DNA from: Amoebophrya sp. A120
Lineage: Eukaryota > Protista > Dinoflagellata
Assembly: GCA_905178155.1 (NCBI GenBank)
Contig: CAJINV010000019.1
Span: forward strand, 1,162,913-1,226,912
Length of the DNA: 64,000 nucleotides
Direction: 5' to 3'
The notes under the pieces were generated by a model. It was not told where the DNA came from and searched no databases. It saw only the letters and a list, made by a program, of their open reading frames with translations. Positions 25,386 to 37,509 of the stretch are shown piece after piece. The translations under genes were made by a program, and so were the position numbers. Each line of letters starts with the position of its first letter. Position 1 is the stretch's first letter.

Positions 25386-26094
25386 TCAATACAGAGGACT
25401 TCTTCCGCTCCCGTCCAAATCCGCATTCGGGTCCGCCAGCGCCACGCTGCCGTATTTCCGCACTCTATGGATGTGTCAGAATCGAAATTCGCAAAGTCGA
25501 AAAATTTGTAATGCGTAAGATGTAGGACACGTATGGCCTGTGTTGGGGAGCAGGCAAATGAGACCGATTGCAAGCCTGTTTAGGGGAAGGCGATGCGCTG
25601 CCAGAGTAGCATGACAGGAGCAGTCTTCCTTGCCCAAACAGCATGACAGGCTGGATTTTGTTGCTCCCGAAATTTGTCATGCTCCAATTGGAAACTGCGG
25701 CTCCAACTGGTATCGAGTTTATGCATCGCAAATTACTTATTTTGATTTTGTTGATTTCGATCCTGACAGTTCCATACACTCGGAACAGCAAGTACAAAGC
25801 GAAAAAGGCGCTCCCGAGCAAATTCACGCACAGAATCCAGACGACGGCCACTATCGTGCTGCTCTCGCTGCTGTAGATGATGGTGGAGAGACAGAAGGCG
25901 AGCACGTAGTAGTCGCAAATGGTGGTAAACAGCCACGACCCGAGCCATGGTACGCTTTCCAGCTGGAGCGGAAACAGGGGCTGCTCGTACAACGTTTTTG
26001 ACAGCCAGCACACAAACCCGATCGCAAGCACGACGTAAAACCCCTGCAGCTGCTGCTGCTTTTCCGGGCTGAGAAGGGCGGTGGATGTTGCCAT
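25386..26094 (-). CDS. DUF1475-like small membrane protein (1 introner)
   Basis: Hydrophobic helices with PLFP..WLFTTICDYY..WILCVNLLGSAF; frame is restored to ..LFRVRKYGSV..SPLY*. Confidence 0.6.
25466..25776. mobile_element. Introner family B
   Basis: TIRs; TSD cactc. Confidence 0.9.
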
Positions 26095-26628
26095 TTTTTC
26101 TGAGGTGGTTGTTTCTAAAAGAACGACATCTATGTTAGAACTTGCGCTATCGTTGGCTTCGCAATGCCCGCTATGGAAATTTCACAAAAAAATCTCTCGG
26201 ACAAACAAACACTTTTGGTTTCGGACAGAATTATGAAAGCTGAAGATAAACGTCGCTCAAAAAGCATGACCTCTGCAAAGAAAAAAAGCCCTATCAAAAC
26301 ACCACGACCCATCTTCGTAACAAGCAATTACCAACCAGGAGAACAGCCGTCAGCTCCCGCCGAACACAACGACGCACCCTCGTCGTGAATTACATCCGAA
26401 CATGAAATTAAATCTTCCGCTTGCGTTTTTTAATAGAACCAAGAATAGATGCGTGCCATGCGTCAATTACAATTCAGTTGATACAGCTCAAAGTCGCGTA
26501 CTCAGAGGAGAGATAATGTAGACAGAATTCCACAAGCAACACTTTTTTTTATCCTTGTCACTGCCCAAAGAAGTTCATCTGCGCAGCAGTACTTCTTCTG
26601 GCAATCCCAATCCCCGAAGATCAACATC

Positions 26629-29600
26629 TCACTCCTCGTCGTCTTCCTCCGCCGCTTCCCCCTTCTTCCCGCCGCCGCTCTTCTGCTTCTCCAGTTTCGC
26701 TTGTTTTTTCAAATTTTTCTTCGCTTCCTTCTCCATCTGCTTCACCATTTTCACCTCTATCAGAATGAAAAATGCCCCCACCTCCGAACTTGAAAGCATT
26801 TGTATTGCAAACCTTTCCAAATGAAACATTCGCCCTCTTGCACCTATCAGCATCACAGGTTTCCAATCGTGAATAGCGAAAATTTGTATTGCAAAAGACC
26901 CCAGCAAGAGCGGCGTTTGTCATGCAAGCGATGCGATACACGCCTAGACTCTGCATCAGAAAGATTCATACTCCTTTCATGCATGACAAAAAGTTTTCAT
27001 TTGGAAACTTCGCATCACAAATTTTTGCAATTTGAGGGGTGGGGGGCACTTTTCACTGCAATAACCTCTTGTCGCTGCTTCTTCTCCCACTTCACCTTTT
27101 CCTTTTTCGACAGTTGCGACGGGTCCGTGACCTCCTATCAAATGCAAATATGTCTGGGTCTGGAAAGAATGGGATTTGTGATGCTAGCTGTCGACCACAC
27201 AAAAAATCTGTATTGCAAGAGAGGCAAAAGACACTCAGATTGTTGCCACCCGGAGTGGACATTTCTCATGCAGTTTAGGCATGAGAAAACCTTTGCAAAA
27301 GCTGTGACGCTAGAGCATGCATCACAGGCATCGGGAGCCATGTACAATCTGCATGATAAACTCCCCAAATCTCCCAGACCCAGACATATTTGCAATGCAT
27401 ACCTCCTTCAAAGATACAACCGTGCAGTGCTCCGCCTCCTCCTGCGCCTCCCGCACGGTGGCCGGGTATCAAATGCAAAAATGTCTGGGTCTGGAAGACT
27501 GCGAGGTTTGTCATGCTTGTCTAGGATGACCAAAAAGTTTGCGATGCGTGTCCTACAAGAGATCCTTTCGCCTGTCATGCAAAAACGCAGTTTGTCATGC
27601 GAAAAACGCAACACAAAGAAGCGCCGATATTTCTCATGCTTGGGTGGGCATTACAGAGCATTCCCTGTTCCCAACGCAGCATCACAAGTTTCCAGACACA
27701 AACATTTTTGCATTTGGTACCGGGGTGGGCTTGACAATCCGATTTGGCTTTTTCTCCGTCGTAGTCGGTTCCTCGAGGGGGGTTGTAGTGCCATTTGTCG
27801 TACCGTACGCCGGGGTAGTGGGGGGTGTCGTGAGGGAAGTAGGATCACAGGGTAGAGCAGTCACGACTGTACCATGATCAGCGGATGACGAGTTCTTACC
27901 GGTCAAAACTATCCCATCGGCTGTGGAAACGAAAGCACCACTCGCCGGTGTCCTGTCCGCGGAAGTAGAAACGGGGTCGCTTGTCGTTGTCGTACTCGCT
28001 TGCTTGTTCATCGCTGCGATCTTTTTCTTTTTTTTCGACATCAGTTTGTTAATGGTTTTGCTATTCAGCAGCGTATTTTCCGCAGTTTCCTGTTCCATGG
28101 TCTGCTCGATCTCATCCAATTCATCCTCCTCCTGCTCCCGCGAGAAGCGCAGAACCCGTGACCAGGAAAGACTTTTGCTGTTATTTGTGATGCTAGCCCC
28201 CAATAATTCCTCGCGGGTGGCATGATCAGAACTCGCCGTTGTACTGGCTGCCGCATCAGAAGTTTCTATCCCACAGGAGAGGACACCCGCTCCTTCCAAG
28301 GGCAAGGCCCACAAATCATCCAGCGCGCACTCCCGGCGCGGACCGGTCTCGTAGGTGCCCCCGAAGATGTAGAGAGTGTTGTTCAACACCACAATCTGCG
28401 AGCCCATGCGGCCGCGGGGGAAAAGAAGAGGGCTTTTTGCATTTTTTTCGTTATCCCCGTCACGCTCCTCGTGGTCCTCTGCATTCACCGTCTTCCCGGG
28501 AAGATTATTGCCACCGAACAGCAGCTTTGCCAAGTCCACGCCGCCAGAATCATCCGTGATCTTCTGCTCCGAACGTAACGCCAAAGCCAGCTGCTGTGGA
28601 ATCATTTTTCTGGCAGAATTTGCGGAAGTAGATTCGGTCTGATGTTGAACACCAGCATCCGAAGTACTAGATGAGTGCATATCATTTTTCCGCATTTGTT
28701 CCAACACCAGATGGTAGGGCGACCAGACAACCGTCCAGGAGAAATCTCTCAAATTCAAAAGTAGCACGTCATTGTGAAAGACCGCCAGCCCGGACTTCGT
28801 CACCTGGTCCTGCAAAATGTCGCTGACCCCGCCGAAAAAAAGGACCCGATCTTCGTCCAACTTGCAACAAGAGAGACCGGACCGGGGAATGAACTTCCTC
28901 TCGATTTCGACTAGGGGAGGTTGATCATCTTTGGCAGATTTGTTGATCTCGGTTGTTGGTTCTTTCGTATTCTCTTCCTCGCCTGCACCAGCTCCCTCGT
29001 CTTGCTCCTCAGCATTGCATCCTTCCGCAGCGCCCGCCGCTTTTTGCTTTTTCTTGGCCCGTTTCTTCGCACTTTTCGACATCGCTCCCTCGCCCGCAGG
29101 ACCACTACCTGTTCCCTTCTTTCCTCCTGTCGCACTGTCAAACAGCTCCCTGGTGACGGAGAACGCCTGCTCGAAATTTTTCTGTTCCCCCACCGGAATC
29201 TATGACAGTGCACAACTCCCCCTCCCCCTCATTTGTATAGCATGAACGGCAACACAAGCATCAGCGAGACGTGCCGGCCTTGCATGACAAACGTCCACTG
29301 GATTGTCGTGCTATTTGGGCTACCAGAACTTGTGATGCAAACAGTGCCAAGAGATAAAGGGTTGACTGGGTATTTTGCATGACAAATGAGGGGGAGGGGG
29401 AGTCGTGCACTGTCATAGAATCTCCCGCCACTCCAGTGTGTCCACGTCAAAGCACCACAAGTCGTAAAGTTTTTTCAAATCCCCCTTCGCCCCGGTCTGG
29501 GAGCCCCCGAAGATGTAGATTTCCTTTTTCTTCGATTTTTCCTCCGTTCTCGCCCACATGGTGAACCCGGCGCGGGTATCAAATGCAAATATGTCTGGGT

Positions 29601-32124
29601 CTGGAAGGAGCCAACTTGTAATGCTGTCTTTGGACTCTAAAAAAATCTGTACTGCAGGACCAGTAAGAGGCGTCCAGTTTGTGTTGCGTGGAGAGAGCAT
29701 TTCGGATGCGGAACAGGCATCAGGAAGCCCTCTAAAAATCTGTGATGCTAGGTCATGCAATACAGGCGTCATGGTTGGTGCAGAATATGCATAACAAGCC
29801 TGGCACTCTTCCAGACCCAGACATTTTTGCATTTGATAGCGAGCGGACGGCTTGTTGATCTTCATGCGCTTGTCACGCACCCACTTGATGGTGTATGTGG
29901 GAAGGTGTTGCACTTGACTTGCCGAGGATGAGGAGTTATTTTTCGACGCTTTTGTCCCCTTCGCAGAATTTTTACCACCATCAGCCGCCTTCTTTTCGTC
30001 CTCAACCGGCGCATCTATTTTCGTCACTTCCCCGCCGTAGAAGTCCGACAAGTACTTCACGTTGCCGTTTTTCTGCTCCGTGAAGCCACCGAACAAGTAG
30101 ACTTTGTTGTCCAAAAACACCATCCGGTGCCCCGACCGGGGTGCCGGGGTGCTGTTGTCCGACGAAGTAGAGCTAGATGACGTTTTTGAATCCGCGTTCA
30201 GCACCCGACACCACGCTTTTGCTTCCGCGGAAAAGACCCAGCTGTCGTCAAATTGGCGGAAGCGCCTGCCGTCAGCCGACGCCCACTCGCCGCCGAAGAG
30301 GAACACATCCTGGGAACAATTCCCCCCGAGTCGGACCGCCTGGTGCGCCGACCGGGCACAAGGACCGGTGGTGTCGTCGGAGGAGGGGGTGTTTGCCGTT
30401 GCATTGTCGTTGTCTACCAGAGCATCGCGGAATACAGCGGGATTTGTATTCGAATTCATCGCACCCTCATCTCCTTCTTGGACCAGGTGAAAGGTGTCTT
30501 TGTGGAAAAACAGCTTATCGTCCTCCCCATTCGCGCTCTCACCGCCAAACAGGACTATGGAAGCGTCAGGTTTGAAATCGTCAAAGTTGAAATGATTTGC
30601 AATGCGTAAAATGCACGACCCGCGGCACGTGTGTTGCAGAGCAGGCAAGTGAGGCAGATTGTAAGCCTGTTTGGGGCTACAGCTCGAGCTGCTAAAGTAG
30701 CATGAGAAAATCGCTCTTCTTTGCCTAACCAGCATGACAAACTGGATTTAGGGACCGCCGAAATTTGTCTTGCGCCACTTGGAAACTGGGTTCCAATTGG
30801 CATCCATTTTATGCATGACAAATTATTTCAACTTTGTTGATTTCAACTCTGACACATCCATAAGGACTGCCCTGTCAGTAGAAACCGATGTCAACGAAAA
30901 GTGCGATCGCGCTTTCGGCCGGAGCGACGGTCGAGCTGGGACGGACACGAGGTCGGGACAGTCGGAATCAGAGTCAGAGTCGTCCCCGTCGCTAGTGCCT
31001 TCGTTTTCGTCATGCAGTGCACCGCTGTCTTTGGCGGGGCAATAAAACTCGTGCTCCACGGGAGGCTGATCGGAGAATCGCACGCCCTGGGATGGAATCT
31101 TGGAACAACTTGGACTCTGTTTATTGTCGTTCATTTTCGCCAAGATTTCCCGTTCCTCGTGTTTTTCCCTCCGCGCCTGCTTCTCGGCGTGTTTCTCGGA
31201 TTTTTTCTCCTCGCGAAGTTTTTTCAGCTCCTCAAACTTGGCAAACCGGCGCTCGCGTTCCTGCTGCAGCCGCCGGACCTCCGCCTGCAGGGTCTGAAAA
31301 ATCTCCCCGCAGACAGCGTGGTAGGGCTGTGTTAGGGTGGTGAGTGTGAGTAGTGAGGATAGAATTGTACTATTTCAACAGTTCCTCCTTTCTTCACTTC
31401 ATTTGTGTTGAAGCGTCTCATCTACGAAAAACATTCGCTTGCTCGTCTAAACTGGAAGACGAATCATATTTCCTCATTATCGCAGCAGGCACACTAAAAA
31501 TGATCATTCTATTACTCTGTTTACCTTCCCAATCTGTTTATCCGGATGCCAGGCCGCGTACATCGTGCGGACCGCTTTCGCATGGTCCAAGTTCAAGTCC
31601 ACAGCCCAGTTTTTCAGCTGCTGCACGAGTTTCTGCTCAATCTTCTTCCGCTTTGCGGGAAACAAATCTTCGTCCTCCCCTAAATCCACTGGCTTGAAGG
31701 GCACGAAGAACAGCGCGTCCTGCTTTTTCGCACCACGACCTTGAGGTTTTTGGTTTATTTTCTCCTTGATGTCATTGTCGCTGCAAGAACCTTCAGAAGA
31801 AGAACTGTCGTCTGCTTCCGAATTTTTATCGTGGTCACTTTCATCACTCTCATCCGTTTCGTTCCCCGCAAGTCCGGCCATCTCCGCGACGTCTTCCGCA
31901 TCTAACACTTGGCCGCGGACGAACCCGCCCGCCTTCCGCTCCGATTTCACCGCTTTTTGCATCTGCTTCCGAAAGGCCGCCTCCTGTGCCCGCCCGTTCA
32001 GGGTCTTCCGCACGCTGCGGGGGACCGCCGTGTCCTCTCTCGCGGCATTCCAGCTCGCGTGGGACTTGGCCTCTTGCTGCGTCTTCGCGGCAGCTTGTGC
32101 CGTGTCCGGCCTGGAGCGAAACAT
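26629..32124 (-). CDS. Kelch-repeat protein (KLHDC4-like) with N-terminal J-domain-like WHPDK segment; 6 introners + GT-AG intron 31327-31524
   Basis: Kelch repeats ARSAHQAV..FLFGGE, PRSGHRMV..YLFGGF, ARAGFTMW..YIFGGS, PRSGLS..LFFGG, RGRMGSQ..YIFGG. N-terminal part reads MYAAWHPDKQIGKPYHAVCGEIFQTL. Confidence 0.75.
26758..27063. mobile_element. Introner family H
   Basis: TIRs; TSD acctc. Confidence 0.9.
27136..27401. mobile_element. Introner family A
   Basis: TIRs; TSD cctcc. Confidence 0.9.
27467..27719. mobile_element. Introner family A
   Basis: TIRs; TSD ccggg. Confidence 0.9.
29201..29417. mobile_element. Introner family E
   Basis: Near-perfect ~36-bp TIR; TSD gaatc. Confidence 0.9.
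29577..29838. mobile_element. Introner family A
   Basis: TIRs; flanks gcggg/gcgag. Confidence 0.9.
30556..30862. mobile_element. Introner family B
   Basis: TIRs; TSD aggac. Confidence 0.9.
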
Positions 32125-32891
32125 GATCTATTTTTTTGGTCTTCTTTTTACTAGTCGGGAATTGGTGTTGTGTGCTGGAAAATGTTTCGACGAAACTACG
32201 GGCGATAGTTGCATGACCCGTCCCTACCTAGTGCTTGGTCGTGAGTCCTACCATGTGACCACAGATATTAAACAGATAACCGCCTTACCACAGACACCGA
32301 AGTACTAGATGATAATAAACTATACTGACTTGTTGGTAGTACAGCTACAGAACCGGCCTGTCCGTCGTGCTGTATTATATTAGTGTGATATCGGTAAGAA
32401 AAAATCGGATCTTTGTTTCTCTTTCGGGAAGATTGATCCGATCGTCATCTATCATCGTCCTCAAGATCAGCATTTTATTTTCAGCAAAAAACTACAGGGA
32501 AAACAGAAAAGAGAACTTCCGCTAACAAGTAGGTCGTGGCTTCTTGTTCTACTTCAATGAGGTCCTGAAAGAATAGTAGTTTTTTTTTATCCATACCGCG
32601 AAATGTCGCGCTCGTGCGGCAGCACTACATTTTTCGGAAGAATTTGCGCTGGAACTTCTTAATTTTCGGAGAGCATTTCAAAAATTTCGTCCAAGGAGAC
32701 CTTTCCTGGATATCGATCTGCTCGATGGTTTTTACATCAAATCGAGAAGAGGTGTCGCGTACAGGATCCTCATTCATTTTCAAGTGGAATTGTTAAACTG
32801 CAGCAAGTATTAGAGACCCTGATGGTTGAAAAATTCATTTTTAACTGCAGCTCTTGCTCGTTGCTCGTCTCTTCCCGTTTCGCCTTCCCTC

Positions 32892-35139
32892 CTAGTCTCC
32901 ATTCTCCTTTCCTGCGCGCCCGCCCACCTTCGCCTGCGGTTTCCCGTTTGCGGCTCCCGCCTTCCCCTTCGCCTTCGGTTTCGCCTTCGGCTTCCCCTTC
33001 GGTTTGCCCTTCGCTTTTCCCTTCGCTTTTCCCTTGCATTTCCCCTTCGGTTTCGCCTTCGGCTTTTTTTCCTTCTCCGACTCCTTCTCCTCGTCGGTGT
33101 TTCCCCACAGGGAGCCGCCGATGGTCTATCAAATGTAAAAATGTCTGGGTCTGGAAACTTGTGATGCTGGGTGGCGTCTCATGATGAGGCCACAAATGCT
33201 GGCTCAGCATGACAATTTTCTGAGCTTCTAGGTGTTGCCTATTCTGCATGACAATCTGCGTTTCTGCATCACAGAAAAATGGAGCTCTTGGGTAATGTGC
33301 ATGACAGATTTGAGAGTTATGCCAGACAAGCATGACAAACATGCATTCTTCCAGACCCAGACATTTTTGCAATTCATATGGTCCCCGTGATTGCCATGTA
33401 CGTGTCGCCAAGCTGCTTTTTTGCCGCAGTATATCCTGTAGAAAAACGCCCCCATCTTCCCATCCAGAATGTCTCTCTACTGCGAGCGCGAAATAAATCG
33501 CAGAAAGACGACGAGCTGTAGTAGTACACTACTAGTGTCATGCGGAGTTCATCACAAGAAAGCTTCTGGATTTATTCTCTAGCACATTGTTCCACAGCGT
33601 GACTATGGGAAGAAGATGCGAACGTTTTTACTTCAGATACACTGAACGCTGCAGTTACTCGGTTCGCTGCATCTTCTGGGAGGTACGGCTCGATCGTGTC
33701 GTAGATTCTGTTCCTCGCATTCACTATGGAAGGAAAAAACTTTGCCCCCTCATCTTCCTGACCACTTGAACGGCATTTTTTGTCTACTGGCACTTCTACA
33801 AAGAAAGTGGCCCCAACATGTTAAAAGTGTACTAATGGAGGTACTTCCGCGAAACTGTAACACAGGTCCGCCCCCACATGACACGGACTGGCGTGAAGCT
33901 TGGGGAGTAACAAATGAGGGGGAGGGGGAGCTAAGTCCACTTTCGTACCCTCCATGATGTCCCCCGCCATTGCTAGCATTGTCTTCGCTATCGTGAGAAA
34001 AAAAAAACCCTCCCCATACTCCAAATGGAAACTTGTGTGTCATGCTGATTTCGATTTGTGCCCACAAATCGGCTGTGTCTTGCTATAATAGAGTAAATGG
34101 GAGCAAAAATTGGGCGCATTTAACAGCCCATCTGTAGCCATGCGCTCTTTCCCACTGCAAACCTGTCTGCCATGCCTGACTGCTAGCCTTTTGCATACCC
34201 AATTAGGCTTGGGAAATAATGCCTCCAAGCCCTTGCTGCAACACAACGCCGCTTTGTGTACTACAGAAATCCAGCAACAGAAGTTTCCTTTTTTGTATGG
34301 GGTGGGGGCATTTTTCACTTTGATATTAGCATTGGTTTCTTCTTCCTCGTCGCTCTTCCCTTTCGCGGTATCTTTTCCGGCCGCAACTTGTGTTTTGGCA
34401 TCGGCGTTCCCTTGCCTTGTCGCTGCGGAGGCGTCCTTCTGCCCTTCACCGGACGTCGAGACGGGCCCGTTCTTCGGGGAGGAGCGTGGAGAGCCTGCTC
34501 TGCTGGTTTTTGTGGAAGTTCCAACTCCAACATCAAAACATTTTTCTTTCTTCTCCAAAAAGTTCTTCGCTTGTTCCGGCTTCTGTTGCTGCACTGAAGC
34601 GTCGTCATCAGCCGTATCGCAGGAAAAAAATGTTTCATCCTCAACGTAACAAATTTGATTTTCATTTTACACAACCACTCGCATGACAAGCTTTCTTCGC
34701 ATGACAGGAAAATAAATCTGCTATGCGTGGCACCATAGGGAAACACGACCAAAAGCTGTTCTCTGTTCTTGCATTTCCAGCAAGATTTAAGTGCACCTAC
34801 AACATCACAACAAGTTTTGGTTTAAGTCCAGTGAAACACGTTTTTTCCTGCATAACCCGCCAAAGCCGTGTACTCCCCTTCCGCGTCTACTCCGCCGGAC
34901 TGCACAAAAACGGAGCTGCTGATTCTTGTAGTCTCGGCCGCGGCAGCGCTGGATGTTGTTGACGAGGATCTGCTATTTTTTCCACTGTGCCCACCGTCCG
35001 TGGCGGCGTCATCCACAAAGTCTCCATTTTCGTCCGTGACACGACCACCCGAGGACAAACCAGTCACCGCAACTGGTGAAACGACGCCCGCAGTGAGGCA
35101 CAGCACGGCCTGGTGGACTAACTGCACGCGCGGCCTCAT
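32892..35139 (-). CDS. Hypothetical protein, signal-peptide-like N-terminus and Lys-rich (PKAK/GKAK) tail; 4 introners + probable GT-AG intron
   Basis: ORF fragments join in frame after introner removal; the tail is encoded by a degenerate 12-bp repeat at 32960-33070. Confidence 0.55.
33127..33378. mobile_element. Introner family A
   Basis: TIRs; TSD tggtc. Confidence 0.9.
33725..33947. mobile_element. Introner family E (strongly eroded)
   Basis: Right end ACAAATGAGGGGGAGGGGGAG recognisable; flanks ttcac/ccctc; frame restored. Confidence 0.6.
33989..34325. mobile_element. Introner family F
   Basis: TIRs; flanks ttcgc/ttagc. Confidence 0.85.
34615..34854. mobile_element. Introner family J
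   Basis: TIRs; flanks agccg/acccg. Confidence 0.8.
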
Positions 35140-36176
35140 AATGGAGTCTTTTACTTCTTATCTAGTGCATTAATAACCCCCCAAGTTGCCCGGGTGGAAA
35201 AAACACATTTAGAAGAAGAAACTACTGCTATTTTTTGAAAGAACTTCTTTGGTTTGGATACTAACATAATTCGAACTTTCCTTCAATCTGAGGACATATG
35301 TATTTCTAACCGTGGCTAATGACATTTTGCCGATTTCTCGTTAGCTCAGTTTCCAACAGGCTGCTGGATTCCGAGGAGTCAGCCCCTGGTGCTGCACGAG
35401 TACCAGTACAACTCTGTGGACCACGAATGCTACGATTTGTTTCCCCCGCGTATTTCCAGTACAGAATTTTACGACGACCGTGGTTGTAGCTGTACGAGGG
35501 ACCCCTGACATATCCATGAAAAACTCTGTACTGCAGTTTTGTTGCACTCTAAGTTGCCCCCGCTCCTAATGCTATGTTGATGACGACCCACGACTAAAAC
35601 ACCACGAGAAAGAACAACGACCAAAACCGCGCGCCGTATGCTTGTTCGTCTTGTGCGGCTATTTACGTATTGATACGGATTTTGTTTTTCGCATATTCGA
35701 TTTCTTGAAAAACGAGGGATTCACAATTTAGACGCTTGTTCTTGGACGAGTTCTGCTACAGATAGATACGTTTTTTCGATCAAATAGAAAGTTGAAATCT
35801 TCATGGGGACAAACTCATAGGGACGTGAATTGAGGTGGTGAGTCTTGAGAGATAAAACCGTTCTCGTCAATTTCGAGCTACTTCGTGGTGTTGTTAAAGT
35901 AAAATGCTTGTAAGTAGGTTGTCTTCGTAAATTTGTTAACTTTTTGGCTCTCGATGATATGGGGACATCACGATACGGGACTATGTTTTTGCTCATTACA
36001 TGTTCTTTGGTCTCATGCGTTTGGGATACAAACGGAGTAGGATAATTGTGCACAAAACTGGTGAAAACTGGGGACGACAACAAACTCAAACAGCTGAACA
36101 AAACACGTCAAGTCAAAAATTTATTCGAGAGTACAAAGTGAAAAAACCTTCGCAGTGGTGCTCGAAACATGGACAT

Positions 36177-36761
36177 TTACAGCACCAGCGAGTAGAACAA
36201 GGACTGCAGGTCCTGCTCCTGTCCGATGGTACCGATAATTTCGTCCGCCCCGTTCTTGGCACACGGTGGTTCCTGGCCCGCGACCTTGCCTTCCTTCTTC
36301 GCGGCATCAGAAGTCGCTGCGCCAGCAACGACCTCCCCCTGCTGCAGCACGGAGGAGATGGCGCCCGCCACCGCGGCGGCCGACGCACGGAGCACGCCGG
36401 GCTCTTGTGCGGGCTCCTTTCCGCCGCCGGGCTGTTCCACGGTTGCTGGTGCGCCGTCATCGCCCGCAGGAAGAATTTGCTCCCCGTCGCCCCCTTCCCC
36501 GAGCGCGAGCACCTTCTTCGGCAGGTCGAGAAATTCCTCGTCGCGAACCTGCATGTAGTTGGACACCTTGAGGTGTTGATCCAGCTCCTGCTTGGAGCGA
36601 ACCGTCACCCGCTTCACTTTGGACACCTTGGCGGCGCGCTGGGCAGTCGAAGGCGAGGCTCCGGAGGTAGAGGTGGAAAACCGTCGCGAGATCACTTGGA
36701 AGGAGAAAGCATCCGCCGTGGCGACGGTTGCGAGAGCGATGCGGGCGAGGTGACGAGCCAT
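36177..36761 (-). CDS. Hypothetical protein (194 aa, intronless)
   Basis: GC-rich ORF between AT-rich intergenic flanks; N-terminus resembles a targeting peptide. Confidence 0.55.
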   Translation of the reverse strand: MARHLARIALATVATADAFSFQVISRRFSTSTSGASPSTAQRAAKVSKVKRVTVRSKQELDQHLKVSNYMQVRDEEFLDLPKKVLALGEGGDGEQILPAGDDGAPATVEQPGGGKEPAQEPGVLRASAAAVAGAISSVLQQGEVVAGAATSDAAKKEGKVAGQEPPCAKNGADEIIGTIGQEQDLQSLFYSLVL

Positions 36762-37509
36762 GGTCGTATCAAAGGGTTTAAGAACTTGAAGTTGAAATCT
36801 TCCGTCAGCGTGGTCTAATTGGAAACTCGCAAAACTTCTGAACTACTTCGTAGAACGTTCTTGATGTAAAGGTTGTAGTGATTTGGGAAGATGGTAAGTA
36901 CTAACTTAACAACAGTGGACGTCAAATAAAAGCGAAGAACTTGTTCAGATGGGAGAGCTTGAGGAAATCTTCTTTTGGGAAGTGGTACTGGTGTATTTAA
37001 GTTTAGTAGTTCTTAGGCAGAAGTCTTTGAAAACAAGTGATAGCAGAAAAACGCTTCTTCACAGCGAAACGAGCAGCCAGCAAGCCGCTCCTTCGGATGA
37101 ACGACAGACAACCTTTGCGCACGAACCGAAAAACTTGCAGAGCCGGGCACGAACGGCCTGCTACGTTGTCTGGACGACGACGACGATAGAATCTATCATG
37201 CGAAAATCGAATTTTCACAGGATACGAAACACCGAATTTTCTTTTTCTTGACTCCTTTACATTTACACCGAGAGAACGACTGAATTATAATCACGACAAC
37301 GAAAAGCTCTGCTGCGTAGTGGATTTCGTTTTCGTGATGCAAAAGTGACTCCGGCGGCGCTTAGATCCGTCTTGTTCTGGTGTTCGTACTAGTGCTCAAT
37401 CATATGGGAAAACTCTTCTAGGTTCATCAGTGTGGCGCTACGTGTACGTACTCTTTACCTTCTTCTGCATTTCTCCCTACTGCGTCAACAGTTGTAGTGG
37501 TTCTAAAAA

